From: an uncultured bacterium
GTDB taxonomy: Bacteria > Babelota > Babeliae > Babelales > RVW-14
NCBI GenBank assembly: GCA_963759805.1
Contig: CAVXAT010000008.1
Coordinates: 1-64,000 of the forward strand
Direction: 5' to 3'
Length of the DNA stretch: 64,000 nt
The notes under the pieces: model-generated
The model's input: the letters and a program-made list of their open reading frames with translations, nothing else
What the model was told of the DNA's origin: nothing
Database searches by the model: none
Shown: piece by piece, positions 41,349 to 50,979 of the stretch
How positions within the stretch are numbered: the stretch's first letter is position 1
How the letters are laid out: the number at the start of each line of letters is the position of its first letter
Position numbers and translations under genes: made by a program

Positions 41349-43136
41349 ATGTACACTTCAAACAATTATAATTTAAAATACTATGCAATAATATTTGGCA
41401 TTTGCATATTAGCTTTTATTATTCCATGCAAAACAAGGCATTTCACAGGAGAATCTTATTCATCAGTGTACGGCATAATTAACATTGAAAAAACTTACGG
41501 GCTTGATAGTATCAGAAATTTTAAAAAATTTATAACCTGCGATTTAGTTCCATATCTACGAGGGAATACTACAAATGTTCCTGTGCAACATGACAAAACT
41601 TCTTTCTTTGCTTGTTATCACCCTACGCCTTATTCCATACAGCAGGAAACTTCTTATTTTACTTATTATCGCCCAGCACTTTGTCTCACATATCTAATTG
41701 AATACAAATTATTTGGGCTAAATGCATATCTTTACTATTTACTTATCATCTTAATTCACATAATAAATTCATTTCTACTTTTTTATTTTCTAAAATTTTT
41801 ATTCAACGAATTAATTGCCTTAGCGTGCACACTGTTTTTTACTGTAAGTCCTACTTTATTCATATGGCTTGGAGAAATGTGTCGTCAACAAAACCCAATA
41901 GCACTTTTACTATTCCTACTTTCAGTTTTTTTGTTAAAGAGATTCTTAGAAGCAAAAACAAATTACATATATATTTTACCTGCAAGCATTCTATATCTTT
42001 TATGCATTTGCATAAGAGAAACATTTTTAATCACTCCATTTCTATTAATATTAGCAATTCCTCTTGTCCATTCGCAAAAACATATCCTTAAAAAATTATA
42101 CTTCATCCTTGCAGCTTTTATTACAATGGTATTTCTATATTGTATAATGCGATATATATGTTACCCCATAAAAATAAACTCAATAACTATGCCTATGGCA
42201 AATTATCTTGGTATTCTAAAAACAATACTATGCTTGATTCCAAATTATGTTATTAAATTTATTAAAGAATTATACCTAATTTTTGTATCACTGTTTTTCT
42301 ATCACGAATTTTATTTTCTTTGTAAGGCTCACGGCTTAGTTTTTATATATAAAATTATTAAAGATTCTTTATTTTTAGCGCTTGCGATATTATTTATTTT
42401 AAATAAACAGAAAAAAATGTTCTTTTATTTTATTACATGTTTTCTACTCGTTTCATGGCCTTTTTTTCTTATTCAAGCAATGCTATCCTTAAAGGTATGT
42501 TGTTTTTTTTATGAATCATTACCCTTTGCAGCAGCTGCACTTGGAACACTCTTGTTCTATAATGCGAATTCAGAAACAAAAATATTCAAAATACTCCTTT
42601 TTATATTCGCTTTGTTTTTTGTTATATCAAATACAACAGGAATGATGATTTATCAAAATCGCAAATCAAAGGAAGGTAAACAACTCGATTATGCAATTAA
42701 AAATTTGAAGGCTAATAATCATGAAATTCTGAAAGATAAAGTTTTTTTAATTACCAACGTGAAATATATATTTGGAGTGGCACAGGCCGTTCAGTTAAAT
42801 TTCATGGAAAGCAAGATGCCTAAAGCCGTTTTACAAAGTATCGATATATCAACATCAGATCATGACTTAACAAAATATTTAGATGCGATTTTTGACAAGG
42901 CAGATGGCTCAAAAATCATACTTAAAAGCAAAGCCCCTAATATCCTTTGGTTTGAAATACGTCAGCAGTTCAAATATAATGATCTAGAAAGTTGCATAGA
43001 AAAATTTGAAATAAATTCAAACTTTGAACAAAAAATTTACGAATTAACAATATTCCTAAAAAAGGATTTTAGAAGCACAAAACAAGCATTGCTAATTTGG
43101 GATGATGCCTGCAATAAATTTCATGTTATAGTGTAA
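41349..43136 (+). CDS. GT-C-like polytopic membrane protein (intact paralog)
   Basis: YYRPA, EYKLFGLNAY, RET, YESLPF, IWDD..NKF; close paralog of 52303..54015. Confidence 0.75.
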   Translation: MYTSNNYNLKYYAIIFGICILAFIIPCKTRHFTGESYSSVYGIINIEKTYGLDSIRNFKKFITCDLVPYLRGNTTNVPVQHDKTSFFACYHPTPYSIQQETSYFTYYRPALCLTYLIEYKLFGLNAYLYYLLIILIHIINSFLLFYFLKFLFNELIALACTLFFTVSPTLFIWLGEMCRQQNPIALLLFLLSVFLLKRFLEAKTNYIYILPASILYLLCICIRETFLITPFLLILAIPLVHSQKHILKKLYFILAAFITMVFLYCIMRYICYPIKINSITMPMANYLGILKTILCLIPNYVIKFIKELYLIFVSLFFYHEFYFLCKAHGLVFIYKIIKDSLFLALAILFILNKQKKMFFYFITCFLLVSWPFFLIQAMLSLKVCCFFYESLPFAAAALGTLLFYNANSETKIFKILLFIFALFFVISNTTGMMIYQNRKSKEGKQLDYAIKNLKANNHEILKDKVFLITNVKYIFGVAQAVQLNFMESKMPKAVLQSIDISTSDHDLTKYLDAIFDKADGSKIILKSKAPNILWFEIRQQFKYNDLESCIEKFEINSNFEQKIYELTIFLKKDFRSTKQALLIWDDACNKFHVIV

Positions 43137-44583
43137 ATTTATTGCGTTTAATTTTACTGATCATATCGTGATATTTTAAATAAATCCTATCTGTTAACGT
43201 AAGCTGCGCTTTAAGCTTTTCATTCAAAAAACTACCTTCAAAAAACCCTGAAGGCTTAAATCGTTTAAAATCTATTCCTCTAGTCGCCGCCCAAAATGCA
43301 TATTTAAACGAATTTTCCTTAGGCTTTGGTTTTAAATCGGCATTTATCAAATCAAAAAGTTCTGTTTTGCTTTTAGGATTATAAGTGCAATCCAAATCTT
43401 CGTAAATCGCTCGCCCTATCAAAATTGCAGGCTTAGCCCAGAAACATGATTCTACACCAATTGTAGAACTAAAAACTATCACTTTGTTTGCTGCATTCAT
43501 TAGGGCATAACTATCAACGTTGTTTTCCGGATCAATAATTTCTAGATTTTTTAAATTCATTTGTTTTAATTTATGCAATTCTCTTAGTTGGCTATTATTT
43601 TTATCTTTCAAATTGGGATGTATTCTTAAATAAAACTTTAACTTATCATCATGCTCAAATTGTTTAGATATGGATATTAAGGCATCTATTTCATCCTTAA
43701 ATAAATCCCATGCCCAATCATCGATTGTATCGTATTCAGAAGCAGACGAATTAAAAATTACAACATTTGTCAGATTCTTATCAAAATTACTTGGCAAAGC
43801 ATATTTTTGTTGATTTTTAATATATGAAAACCAATCTTGATCAATGCCTTTTAATCGATCAAAAAACCATTTTTGAGATATTTTTACTTTTTCATTTTCA
43901 TCAAGATTTGAATTTTTCCAATAAACTTGAATTTCTCTTTTTTGATTGGATAATGAATGAACCCATTCACAGTCAACCAACCAATATTTATCTGCGGAAG
44001 CCCCACGCTCATGCGTATAAAATTTCACACCCAATTGCTGGCAAGCTCTAAGAGCTGAGCGATTATCTAAAAGACGCCCATTAAATAAATAGACACGATC
44101 AGGCTTCAAATTATTCAATAGCTCTGTTACCGACAAATAAATCTTTATGGATGAAACTAAACCATTGTAAACATCTTCTTTTTTTTGTAATGGATCAAAC
44201 AAATGATCATTCCATTCCGATGTCAATGAAGATATAACGCCCAGGCCAAAATCAACATTAAATAATTTAAAACTTCTTAATTCTTCTAGGCTTTCAATTT
44301 TTGCAGGAATCAGCGATAAAATTTCTTTGAGAATATGTTTTTTTAAAAAAAATATATTTTTTGAAGAAAGACCAATTTCCTTCATTCCTAACCAAAAACG
44401 TCTCTTGCATTTAATGCAACCCAACTTTATGTTTTGAGGATTTGATGAACATCGCAAAAGATTTTGTCCGCATGTTAAAACATAAACATCATCGCCAACG
44501 CCCAAATGGTCCATCATTAATTCTAATTCCGTTTCAAAATGAGGGATCCAGCAATTGTTAATAGAAAAAAAGAGTACTTTCAT
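43126..44583 (-). CDS. Capsule/glycan modification protein, GT-B-like (candidate nonulosonate transferase)
   Basis: FNGR, HERG, LRIHPN, FSSTIGVE, KP motifs of KpsS-like proteins; last gene of the pse operon. Confidence 0.6.
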   Translation of the reverse strand: MKVLFFSINNCWIPHFETELELMMDHLGVGDDVYVLTCGQNLLRCSSNPQNIKLGCIKCKRRFWLGMKEIGLSSKNIFFLKKHILKEILSLIPAKIESLEELRSFKLFNVDFGLGVISSLTSEWNDHLFDPLQKKEDVYNGLVSSIKIYLSVTELLNNLKPDRVYLFNGRLLDNRSALRACQQLGVKFYTHERGASADKYWLVDCEWVHSLSNQKREIQVYWKNSNLDENEKVKISQKWFFDRLKGIDQDWFSYIKNQQKYALPSNFDKNLTNVVIFNSSASEYDTIDDWAWDLFKDEIDALISISKQFEHDDKLKFYLRIHPNLKDKNNSQLRELHKLKQMNLKNLEIIDPENNVDSYALMNAANKVIVFSSTIGVESCFWAKPAILIGRAIYEDLDCTYNPKSKTELFDLINADLKPKPKENSFKYAFWAATRGIDFKRFKPSGFFEGSFLNEKLKAQLTLTDRIYLKYHDMISKIKRNKFTL

Positions 44584-44589
44584 AAAAAA

Positions 44590-45345
44590 TTACTTTCTCA
44601 CCCTAAAACCACAATCAGCCAAATATTTTTTTGCTTCCTTAGGCGTCTGTTCTGTAAAATGAAAAATACTTGCGGCAGCCACAGCCTTGGCCCCATTTTT
44701 GATTGCATCAGCCATATCTTTATATCCCTTGACTCCACCGGAGGCAATAACAGGAATATTAACGCAACTCGTCACAAGCTTGATTAAATCTAAATCATAA
44801 CCTAGCATTGTTCCATCGCGATCTGTGCTAGTTATCAAAATTTCACCAGCACCAAGGGCCTCAGCCGTTTTCACCCAATCTTTAACTAGCATACCGGTCG
44901 CTTGTGTGCCGCTATGACTGTAGCATTCATATTCACCATCTAATCTTTTTTTTGCATCCACACTTATAACAATACACTGCGAACCAAAAACATTTGCTGC
45001 TTCTTTTATAAAGTTAGGATTTTCAAAAACAACGCTGTTAATGCAAATTTTATCTGCACCAAATTTTAATAAATCTCTGATATCATCAAGCGATCTTATT
45101 CCACCACCAACAGTCAAGGGAACAAAGCATTCGCATGAAAATTCTTTCACCAGCTCAAAATCAGGTCGCCTACCTTCTCTTGTGGCAGCAATATCAACAA
45201 TGATTAACTCATCAACCTGCCGCATATTATAAACCTTAATTGCAGGCAAAATTGTTCCAACATGCCGCCAGCTATCAAATTTAATGCCTTTAACAAGACT
45301 ATTCCCATCATAAAGAAGGGTTGGAATTAATCGAATTTTTAGCAA
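44590..45345 (-). CDS. HisF-like cyclase subunit of a glycan amidotransferase (WbuZ/AglZ-like)
   Basis: RLIPTL, VDEL, PLTVGGG, GAGEI..DRDGT..GYD, PVIASGG; glycan-locus context. Confidence 0.85.
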   Translation of the reverse strand: MLKIRLIPTLLYDGNSLVKGIKFDSWRHVGTILPAIKVYNMRQVDELIIVDIAATREGRRPDFELVKEFSCECFVPLTVGGGIRSLDDIRDLLKFGADKICINSVVFENPNFIKEAANVFGSQCIVISVDAKKRLDGEYECYSHSGTQATGMLVKDWVKTAEALGAGEILITSTDRDGTMLGYDLDLIKLVTSCVNIPVIASGGVKGYKDMADAIKNGAKAVAAASIFHFTEQTPKEAKKYLADCGFRVRK

Positions 45346-45362
45346 ATTAATATCTCCTAGCT

Positions 45363-45397
45363 TGTCATCCTGAATTTATTTCAGGATCCATGGATTA
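45363..45397 (-). repeat. Solo half of the palindromic core, in the empty state
   Basis: TGTCATCCTGAATTTATTTCAGGATCCATGGATTA is the reverse complement of the right arm of elements A and C without the 31-nt insert. Confidence 0.85.
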
Positions 45398-45419
45398 AAT
45401 AAGTTCCTTAAAAAAAGTT

Positions 45420-46034
45420 TCATACCTTTAAAAAATTTTTAATCAATTCAAAGCCCCATGGAACGCTTTTTTCCGGATGAAATTGAACTCCAAAAATATT
45501 TTTATGTTTTATAGCAGAAACAAATTCATTGCAGTATGGGGTAGATGTTAAAGCGACATTACTATCAACCGGAATAAAATGATAACTATGAACAAAATAA
45601 AAATCGCTTTTATCTGGAATATTTTCAAAAAGTTTGTTCTGTTTTTTTATGCAAACTTCATTCCATCCAACATGCGGAATTGATTCTAAATCATGTTTTC
45701 TTTCAAGTTTTTCAACTATTCCGGAAACAAATCCTAAACCGTTACAAATCCCACCCTCTGTTCCAGTATCAGCTAAAAGCTGCATTCCCAAACAAACACC
45801 TAATAATGGAATATTGTTTTCCAAAACCTCTTTTCTTAAAACATCGACAAACCCGAATTTTATTAAATTATTCATCCCAGAACCAAAAGCACCCACACCA
45901 GGCAGAACAATTTTTTCGGCTGCACACAAATCCTTGGGTTCATCAGAAACTTTTACACTTGCACCGCATTCCTGAAAAAACCGCGTAATTGATCCCAAAT
46001 TACCCATTCCATAATCAATTATTACAACTGTCAT
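45420..46034 (-). CDS. HisH-like glutamine amidotransferase (WbuY-like)
   Basis: DYGMGN, LPGVG, GVCLGMQ, PHVGWN, YFVHSY, QFHPEKS. Confidence 0.88.
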   Translation of the reverse strand: MTVVIIDYGMGNLGSITRFFQECGASVKVSDEPKDLCAAEKIVLPGVGAFGSGMNNLIKFGFVDVLRKEVLENNIPLLGVCLGMQLLADTGTEGGICNGLGFVSGIVEKLERKHDLESIPHVGWNEVCIKKQNKLFENIPDKSDFYFVHSYHFIPVDSNVALTSTPYCNEFVSAIKHKNIFGVQFHPEKSVPWGFELIKNFLKV

Positions 46035-47236
46035 AAATTTACACTGTTAAATTTTGTAGAAATCGCAAAATTCAAAAAATCACTCTCCAGCGACTCCGGA
46101 TAATGTAATTTTATTAAATTTCCATCAGGATCCTTAACAAGATTTCCCCTTGAATCCGTTTTAAAAATCTTCTTGTTGGTAAATTTATCACAAATCTTGA
46201 TAAATTGGTCAACAGTCATATCTATAGGTTTCAAAATTTCCCCGATAGGCTTACCCAAACAAGTCCATGGGAATTTACCATCTAACCTTCTAACAATCTC
46301 AACCGCATCACGTCGACTTAATCTACCCCTCCTTAAGTGTAAACATGCCAGATCTGTAGCTCTACCAAAACCAAATTTTAAATACTTAAAATAATCATGA
46401 ACTCCTGTTTGATGGTTATCTACATTTTCATAACTAACCATCGATCCTTCAACAGTATTTGAATATGATGTAAATCCAAAAGCCTGCGAAATTAGCGCAT
46501 TAGAAAGCCCGTCCCACGGTAAATAGTAACCTAAATATAATCCCGTAACCCCAACGACTCTCAATTGCTCATCGCAAGGATATGTAAAGGCAATTAAATC
46601 TTTTTTCTCAATTCCATCAACTCCAATTAGATCAGAGACTCTTAAACCCAAAAGCCCCCCAAACTCTTCTAACCATCTTCTATCTAAAACATTATTTTCA
46701 CCTGCGGCAGCGGGCCCACCATATTCATTTTGAGCATTCTCTCCCCAAATAATTAATGGGATTCTATAATTAACTGCCACCTGGATAGGAATTGTAAAAA
46801 TGCCAACATGCTCAGGCCAAGAAATATCCCCAACCTGCATTAGTGCAATTTTATTCAATTTTTTTCTAATCACAGGATTTGTTGTAAATTCCAGATAATC
46901 AACACCCAAATTTTTAAGATTTTCGATATTTTTTCTGCCTATTTCAGATAAGTGGCAAGTTGTAGCAGTTACGCACAATGGGTTCATTCCAAGCTGCAAC
47001 ATACGTATAACTTGGTATGTACTATCCTTCCCCCCACTGACAGGAACTATGCAATCCCAGTTACTTCCGTCTTTAGATTTGTATCGATCCAGAATATTTA
47101 ACAATTCATCACGCCTAGCTGTCCAATCTATTATTTTTCTTTTTTCATAATTTTCACAAGCACTGCAAACTCCGCACTCATTAAATTTTAAATCAGGCTT
47201 TGTATCAGGCATTACACATTTAACGCAATAACGCAT
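46031..47236 (-). CDS. N-acetyl sugar amidotransferase (WbuX/PseA-like)
   Basis: CxxCxMPDTKP, PP-loop VSGGKDS, WGEN..EYGG, KFGFGRA. Confidence 0.9.
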   Translation of the reverse strand: MRYCVKCVMPDTKPDLKFNECGVCSACENYEKRKIIDWTARRDELLNILDRYKSKDGSNWDCIVPVSGGKDSTYQVIRMLQLGMNPLCVTATTCHLSEIGRKNIENLKNLGVDYLEFTTNPVIRKKLNKIALMQVGDISWPEHVGIFTIPIQVAVNYRIPLIIWGENAQNEYGGPAAAGENNVLDRRWLEEFGGLLGLRVSDLIGVDGIEKKDLIAFTYPCDEQLRVVGVTGLYLGYYLPWDGLSNALISQAFGFTSYSNTVEGSMVSYENVDNHQTGVHDYFKYLKFGFGRATDLACLHLRRGRLSRRDAVEIVRRLDGKFPWTCLGKPIGEILKPIDMTVDQFIKICDKFTNKKIFKTDSRGNLVKDPDGNLIKLHYPESLESDFLNFAISTKFNSVNL

Positions 47237-47252
47237 AAATTTATCTCCAATT

Positions 47253-47879
47253 TTATTTGTTAACTTTTTCTAATAAGAACCAAGTTACATCATCCTGTGC
47301 AAAATATTTATCGCGACGATAAGCAAAACCATAATCAACCAAAGCAACATCCTTAAACCTATCTAAAAATTCTCCCGCAAAATCACGCTTAAATAGCTTA
47401 TTAGAGTGCCCTCTGTAATCAAGCGCAACAGGCTTTGGATTATAGTATTCAATAATGCAAATATATTTATTTGAAGTTTCATGCATTAAATCATAAACTT
47501 GAGATAATTTTTCTGGATTTATGTGAATTAAAACACCTTTTGATAAAACAAAATCATATTTTTTATTACATGAAAAATCTAAAATTGATTGATTGTAAAC
47601 ATCAATCTTACCAAGTTGACTAAGTTTTTGGCAGGCATATTCATTAATTTCAATTGCAGCAAGATTAATGTCTGGAATAAGAGTTTTTATCGCTTGTAAA
47701 TTAAGCCCAATATTTGCCCCAATCTCAAGCACAGACCCTATATTTCTCGTACAATTTAAAATTTTTGAAAACAATGCAACATTACTTGCAAATAAATTAG
47801 CCCCCTGATTTCGGTCTGTATATTCGTCACCAAATCTATCTGCCCAAAACTTTTCTTGATCTGTTTCAAACTGCAACAT
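47253..47879 (-). CDS. Pseudaminic acid biosynthesis-associated methyltransferase
   Basis: QEKFW..FGDEY..RN, EIGANIGLN, GVLIHINP, LFKRDFAG, DDVTWFL. Confidence 0.85.
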   Translation of the reverse strand: MLQFETDQEKFWADRFGDEYTDRNQGANLFASNVALFSKILNCTRNIGSVLEIGANIGLNLQAIKTLIPDINLAAIEINEYACQKLSQLGKIDVYNQSILDFSCNKKYDFVLSKGVLIHINPEKLSQVYDLMHETSNKYICIIEYYNPKPVALDYRGHSNKLFKRDFAGEFLDRFKDVALVDYGFAYRRDKYFAQDDVTWFLLEKVNK

Positions 47880-47908
47880 AATAACCTTTCTCCGATTATG
47901 TCAAAAAT

Positions 47909-48610
47909 TTATAAACTCTCGTGAATAATTTTATACTTAAATTCTGCAATCTTCCAGTCTTCAAGTGTATCAACATCCTGGACTTCAGTCTCTGGAATTT
48001 TAAACGGAATAGAATTTTCAGAAAATATTTTTTTCTGCTTTAAAAAACTTTCAACTTTCATCCAATAAAATTGTCCGCAGTCATGATATGCAGGAGTTAA
48101 ATCTTGAGATCGCTTATTATAATTTTCGGGCCAAAACATTTTCAATTTTTCATCTTCGATTTTTAAAGCTCTCTGAATTGGATAGCTAAATCTCGTTACA
48201 GGGATAATGGAGTCTGCTTCAGAATTTTTCAAAAGTTCAAAGGTTTGAATTAAGCGATCTGCAGTAACAAATGGCGCAGTTGCAAGAATACAACAAAAAT
48301 ACTTAAATTCGCAGCCCATGTTTTTATATTCTAAAATCACCTCTTCAACAACATCCCCCATGGTCGCATAATCATCCGCTGTTTTTGCAGATCGAAAAAA
48401 TGGCACACTCGCACCACAGGATTGCGCTACCCGGGAAATTTCCATATCTTCTGTTGAAACCATAACTTCATCAAATAAATTAGCGCTACGCGCAGCATCA
48501 ATTGAATATTGGATTATTGGTTTGTCCAAAAACAGTTTTATATTCTTTCGAGGGATTCTTTTACTTCCTCCACGAGCCGGAATAATGGCCAAACATTTAT
48601 CTTTATGCAT
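47909..48610 (-). CDS. pseF: Pseudaminic acid cytidylyltransferase
   Basis: IPARGGSKRIPRKNIK, RSQDL..AYHD.GQFYW, DVDTLEDW. Confidence 0.9.
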   Translation of the reverse strand: MHKDKCLAIIPARGGSKRIPRKNIKLFLDKPIIQYSIDAARSANLFDEVMVSTEDMEISRVAQSCGASVPFFRSAKTADDYATMGDVVEEVILEYKNMGCEFKYFCCILATAPFVTADRLIQTFELLKNSEADSIIPVTRFSYPIQRALKIEDEKLKMFWPENYNKRSQDLTPAYHDCGQFYWMKVESFLKQKKIFSENSIPFKIPETEVQDVDTLEDWKIAEFKYKIIHESL

Positions 48611-48620
48611 AAAAATCTTT

Positions 48621-49673
48621 TCAAATTATAGCATCCCATTTAACTGGAGTACCCTTCTTTAAATCTCGAGAAATTTTTTTACCCAAAAATTCGTCGTAAT
48701 ATTTTGGTGAAAGTCCTAACCCAGGTCTAACTATTCTTAAATTTTCTTGAGTGAATATATCGCCAGACTTCATATCTTGAGCCACGTACAGAGACTGACG
48801 GAACTGAAGAGACTTCTCCTCCGCACCTGATGGTTTATAACAAACATCACCCAACGCTTGCCAAGCGCGTTTGGTTTCAATAACTAAATTTTTCATCTCC
48901 TCAGGCTCAAGCGAAAATGTGGAATCTACCCCACCATCTGCCCGATTTAATGTAAAATGTTTTTCAATAAATGTAGCCCCAAGCGCAACACTAGCAACAC
49001 TAACACCAATGCCAAGTGTATGGTCAGACAAGCCAACCTGACAGTCGAAAAGCTTTTGCATATGAGGAATTGTTAAAATATTCGACTGGCTTGGTTCGGC
49101 AGGATAAGAACTTGTACACTTGAGTAATATTAAATCTTTGCAACCATTGCCTCTTGCAGTTTTTACAGCATCATCAAGCTCTGCAACGCTTGCCATACCA
49201 GTGGACATAATTATTGGCTTACCTGTTTGCGCCACCTTTTTTATCAAGGGCAGATGAACATTTTCAAACGATGCAATTTTATAACAGGGGACATTTAATG
49301 TTTCTAAAAAATCAACCGCCGTTTCATCAAATGGGGTACTAAAACAAATAATACCCAACTCTTTACACTTATCCATAATCGGCTTATGCCATTGCCATGG
49401 AGTATGTGCCTTTTGGTAAAGATCATAAAGCTTAGTGCCATTCCATTGGCTTTTTGCATCGGATATATAAAAGTCCGGGGTTTCAGCATTCAAGGTGATT
49501 GTATCTGCAGTATATGTTTGTAATTTTAACGCATGTGCACCAGATTTTGCGGCCGCACCAACCAATTCTAATGCCCGCGCTAAGGATTGATTGTGATTTC
49601 CAGACATTTCTGCAACAATAAATGGCTGGACCTCCCAACCAACTCTTTTTTCACCTATTACCAGCTCTCTCAT
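48621..49673 (-). CDS. pseI: Pseudaminic acid synthase
   Basis: AEMSGNHNQSL, KLQTYT, KIASFE, GLSDHT, IEKHF, C-terminal SAF domain. Confidence 0.92.
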   Translation of the reverse strand: MRELVIGEKRVGWEVQPFIVAEMSGNHNQSLARALELVGAAAKSGAHALKLQTYTADTITLNAETPDFYISDAKSQWNGTKLYDLYQKAHTPWQWHKPIMDKCKELGIICFSTPFDETAVDFLETLNVPCYKIASFENVHLPLIKKVAQTGKPIIMSTGMASVAELDDAVKTARGNGCKDLILLKCTSSYPAEPSQSNILTIPHMQKLFDCQVGLSDHTLGIGVSVASVALGATFIEKHFTLNRADGGVDSTFSLEPEEMKNLVIETKRAWQALGDVCYKPSGAEEKSLQFRQSLYVAQDMKSGDIFTQENLRIVRPGLGLSPKYYDEFLGKKISRDLKKGTPVKWDAII

Positions 49674-49706
49674 ATGAATACACCTCAATTTTACAAATCT
49701 TTGATT

Positions 49707-50192
49707 TTACAAATCGCTAATTTTGGAAATCTCAAATTTTAAAAATTCAGTAGAATTAATTAATTTTTGCCCAACTAATTTATACCCCACTTTTAAAAAA
49801 ATATTAATAGACTGTTTATTTTCTTTTTTTATGTAAGCTAATATTTTATTGAAATTAAAGCTGTTAAAAGCTTTTTCGGTTGAATCTTTTAAAATCATTG
49901 CCCCTAAACCCTTACCACGAAAATCTTGCGCTATGCTAATACTGACAACCCCAATTTCGAAATTGTCTTGATCTCGATCAAATCTGACCTGCGCAACTAA
50001 TTTATCATGCACATCTTTTGCAACAAAATAAACGCAAGCACTAGATTTGATCTTGTTTGAAAACCAAACAACATGATCTCTCCACTTTATTGGATCAGAG
50101 TTAATAGAATTCTGTCGAACCAGTGGATCATTAGATAAATCAAATATATCTTTTATATCTTTTTTAGATGCAAGTTCTACAAGTAAAGCCAT
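49707..50192 (-). CDS. GNAT N-acetyltransferase, PseH-like
   Basis: NDPLVR, H..WF, QVRFD, FRGKGLG, N..SI..F..GY; start ATG 50192. Confidence 0.75.
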   Translation of the reverse strand: MALLVELASKKDIKDIFDLSNDPLVRQNSINSDPIKWRDHVVWFSNKIKSSACVYFVAKDVHDKLVAQVRFDRDQDNFEIGVVSISIAQDFRGKGLGAMILKDSTEKAFNSFNFNKILAYIKKENKQSINIFLKVGYKLVGQKLINSTEFLKFEISKISDL

Positions 50193-50979
50193 TATCTCTC
50201 TCTTTTGATAACCAATAATATTTCTTGAAATAAATGATATCTTGCTCAAAATCTTTAAGGCTGTCCTTAAAATCTTTTGGCGTTTCAAGAGTTAACATAA
50301 AAGATTCGGGCAAAAGTGCGATGATTTTTTGCATATCACAGTTTCCGTCATATAGATGCCTGTGTTCATCATAGATATTTAAAATATCATTTCCACTGAT
50401 GTGAAATATTTTGGGATTAAATTTTACAAATTCGCTTACATATTCGCATTGATCAATTTCTTGCGCATTTGCCGCACAAATTGCATGCGCAATATCCAAA
50501 CAAAATCCAACTTTCGTTTCTTCTACAATTTTTTCAATTTCTTGTGGAGAGTTTCCGTTACAAATCAGATTATCCACTATGGCAAAATAAGGCTTATTTT
50601 CTATAACAATTCTAGAATCGTTAATTTTATTTAACTGAAAAATTGTTTGATCAATATCACCTGCAACGCCCGGATGAAATATAATTATCTCAGCACCAAG
50701 TGCATCTGCAAACTTTTGTGCTTGAGCTACTAATTTCATATTTTTTTCAAAACAATCTTTATCAGCAAAATTTAACCCTGTTGTATAGTGCGGCCCATGT
50801 ATGACATATGGAATATTTAGAGACTTCCAAATATCTATAGTTTCTGAATAAGTATCAGGAATAGTAAAAAGTTCGATGTAATCAAAAACGCCTAAATCAT
50901 ACAATCGACGAGATTCATCCACATAATTTTTATTTGTAGACCAGAGCTTTAATCCAAGTTTAAACATATTCAAACACAA
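50164..50979 (-). CDS. Xylose isomerase/endonuclease IV-like TIM-barrel metalloprotein
   Basis: HGPH, IFHPG, IENKP, CLDIAHA, FHISG, DEH.HL, LETP. Confidence 0.75.
   Translation of the reverse strand: MCLNMFKLGLKLWSTNKNYVDESRRLYDLGVFDYIELFTIPDTYSETIDIWKSLNIPYVIHGPHYTTGLNFADKDCFEKNMKLVAQAQKFADALGAEIIIFHPGVAGDIDQTIFQLNKINDSRIVIENKPYFAIVDNLICNGNSPQEIEKIVEETKVGFCLDIAHAICAANAQEIDQCEYVSEFVKFNPKIFHISGNDILNIYDEHRHLYDGNCDMQKIIALLPESFMLTLETPKDFKDSLKDFEQDIIYFKKYYWLSKERDNGFTCRTCI

Noticed and set aside
41575..41675. Short internal duplication (KTSFFACYHP / ETSYFTYYRP) in the 41349 gene
   Set aside because: Probably real but an ordinary in-frame loop duplication with no wider significance visible.
44590..46034. 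Histidine biosynthesis hisF/hisH
   Set aside because: They are coupled to an N-acetyl sugar amidotransferase inside a glycan operon with no other his genes, which fits the WbuYZ-type paralogs.
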